Positions 63,542 through 64,000 of a stretch of DNA of 64,000 nt are shown here, in pieces; the first letter of the stretch is position 1, and every line of letters begins with the position of its first letter. The stretch is from Lama glama (taxonomy: Eukaryota). The stretch covers positions 83,516,001 through 83,580,000 of the forward strand of contig CM052817.1 of NCBI GenBank assembly GCA_028534125.1, written 5' to 3'. The translations under genes were made by a program, and so were the position numbers. The notes below the pieces were generated by a model, which ran no database searches, was not told where the DNA came from, and saw nothing but the letters and a program-made list of their open reading frames with translations.

Positions 63542-64000
63542 CAGCATGACTGTTAAGTGCCTATTCTTAGAGCTTGTGCCAAAATGAGGAAACAGCAATT
63601 TGTCTCAAAGATGGAAGAAAAACTGTTGCAAGTTGGAATTATCATATTGAGAGAGTATGTTGCACTCCAGCATGGTTTTGTCTTCTTACTGTAATTTCAA
63701 GGGGATTTTTACTATATACAAGTTGAGAATTAGGAAGGGAACTAGTGGCTGTGCCAGGAAGCGTTTTGGTGCTTTGCTGATACCATTTCCTTTGATAGTT
63801 TCGTTTATTCCTCATAACCATCTGTAAGAGTCTGATCATTTGTGTTCCTATTTTACACAAGAAGAAAAAGAATCTAAGAGAGAGTTAATGATCTGTCCAT
63901 GGTTGCAGAATTAATAACTCAAAGAACTGGAGCTGATATGATCCTTCCGTTTCACACACATGGGGGGGCACCTTTGTGTCTGCATCCCCTTCCTCTTGCT

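Noticed and set aside
61854..64000. INTU exon 4 within the window
   Set aside because: No acceptor followed by the expected continuation (VKLTFE-like, from memory) was found; it presumably lies downstream.

Overview
Mammalian, AT-rich, repeat-dense genomic DNA, probably from a camelid. That assignment is an inference from the short tRNA-derived SINEs and the style of the young L1 3' ends. The only protein-coding gene I can support is the 5' part of INTU (inturned planar cell polarity effector, CPLANE complex) on the + strand: coding exon 1 (41838-41983), exon 2 (51847-52385) and exon 3 (61768-61853). These splice in frame and encode the acidic N-terminus and most of the PDZ domain. The promoter at about 41.6-41.8 kb has an RFX X-box, CCAAT boxes, an E-box and a YY1-type motif. 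A second CpG island about 8.5 kb upstream (about 32.6-33.6 kb) holds a short ATG-initiated frame ending at a splice donor in the phase needed to join exon 2. This candidate alternative coding first exon is the most interesting observation. The first 32 kb is gene-free and filled with L1, L2/MIR, MaLR/ERV LTR and DNA-transposon relics. Small-scale features include a tailless 5S rRNA retro-fragment with a target-site duplication, several very short L1-tail or poly(A) insertions with TSDs, and a young L1 running into a 500-N assembly gap just upstream of the promoter. I see no support for a wholly new biological system. Repeat family names and comparisons with human INTU and 5S rRNA are from memory, not database searches, and repeat boundaries are approximate.
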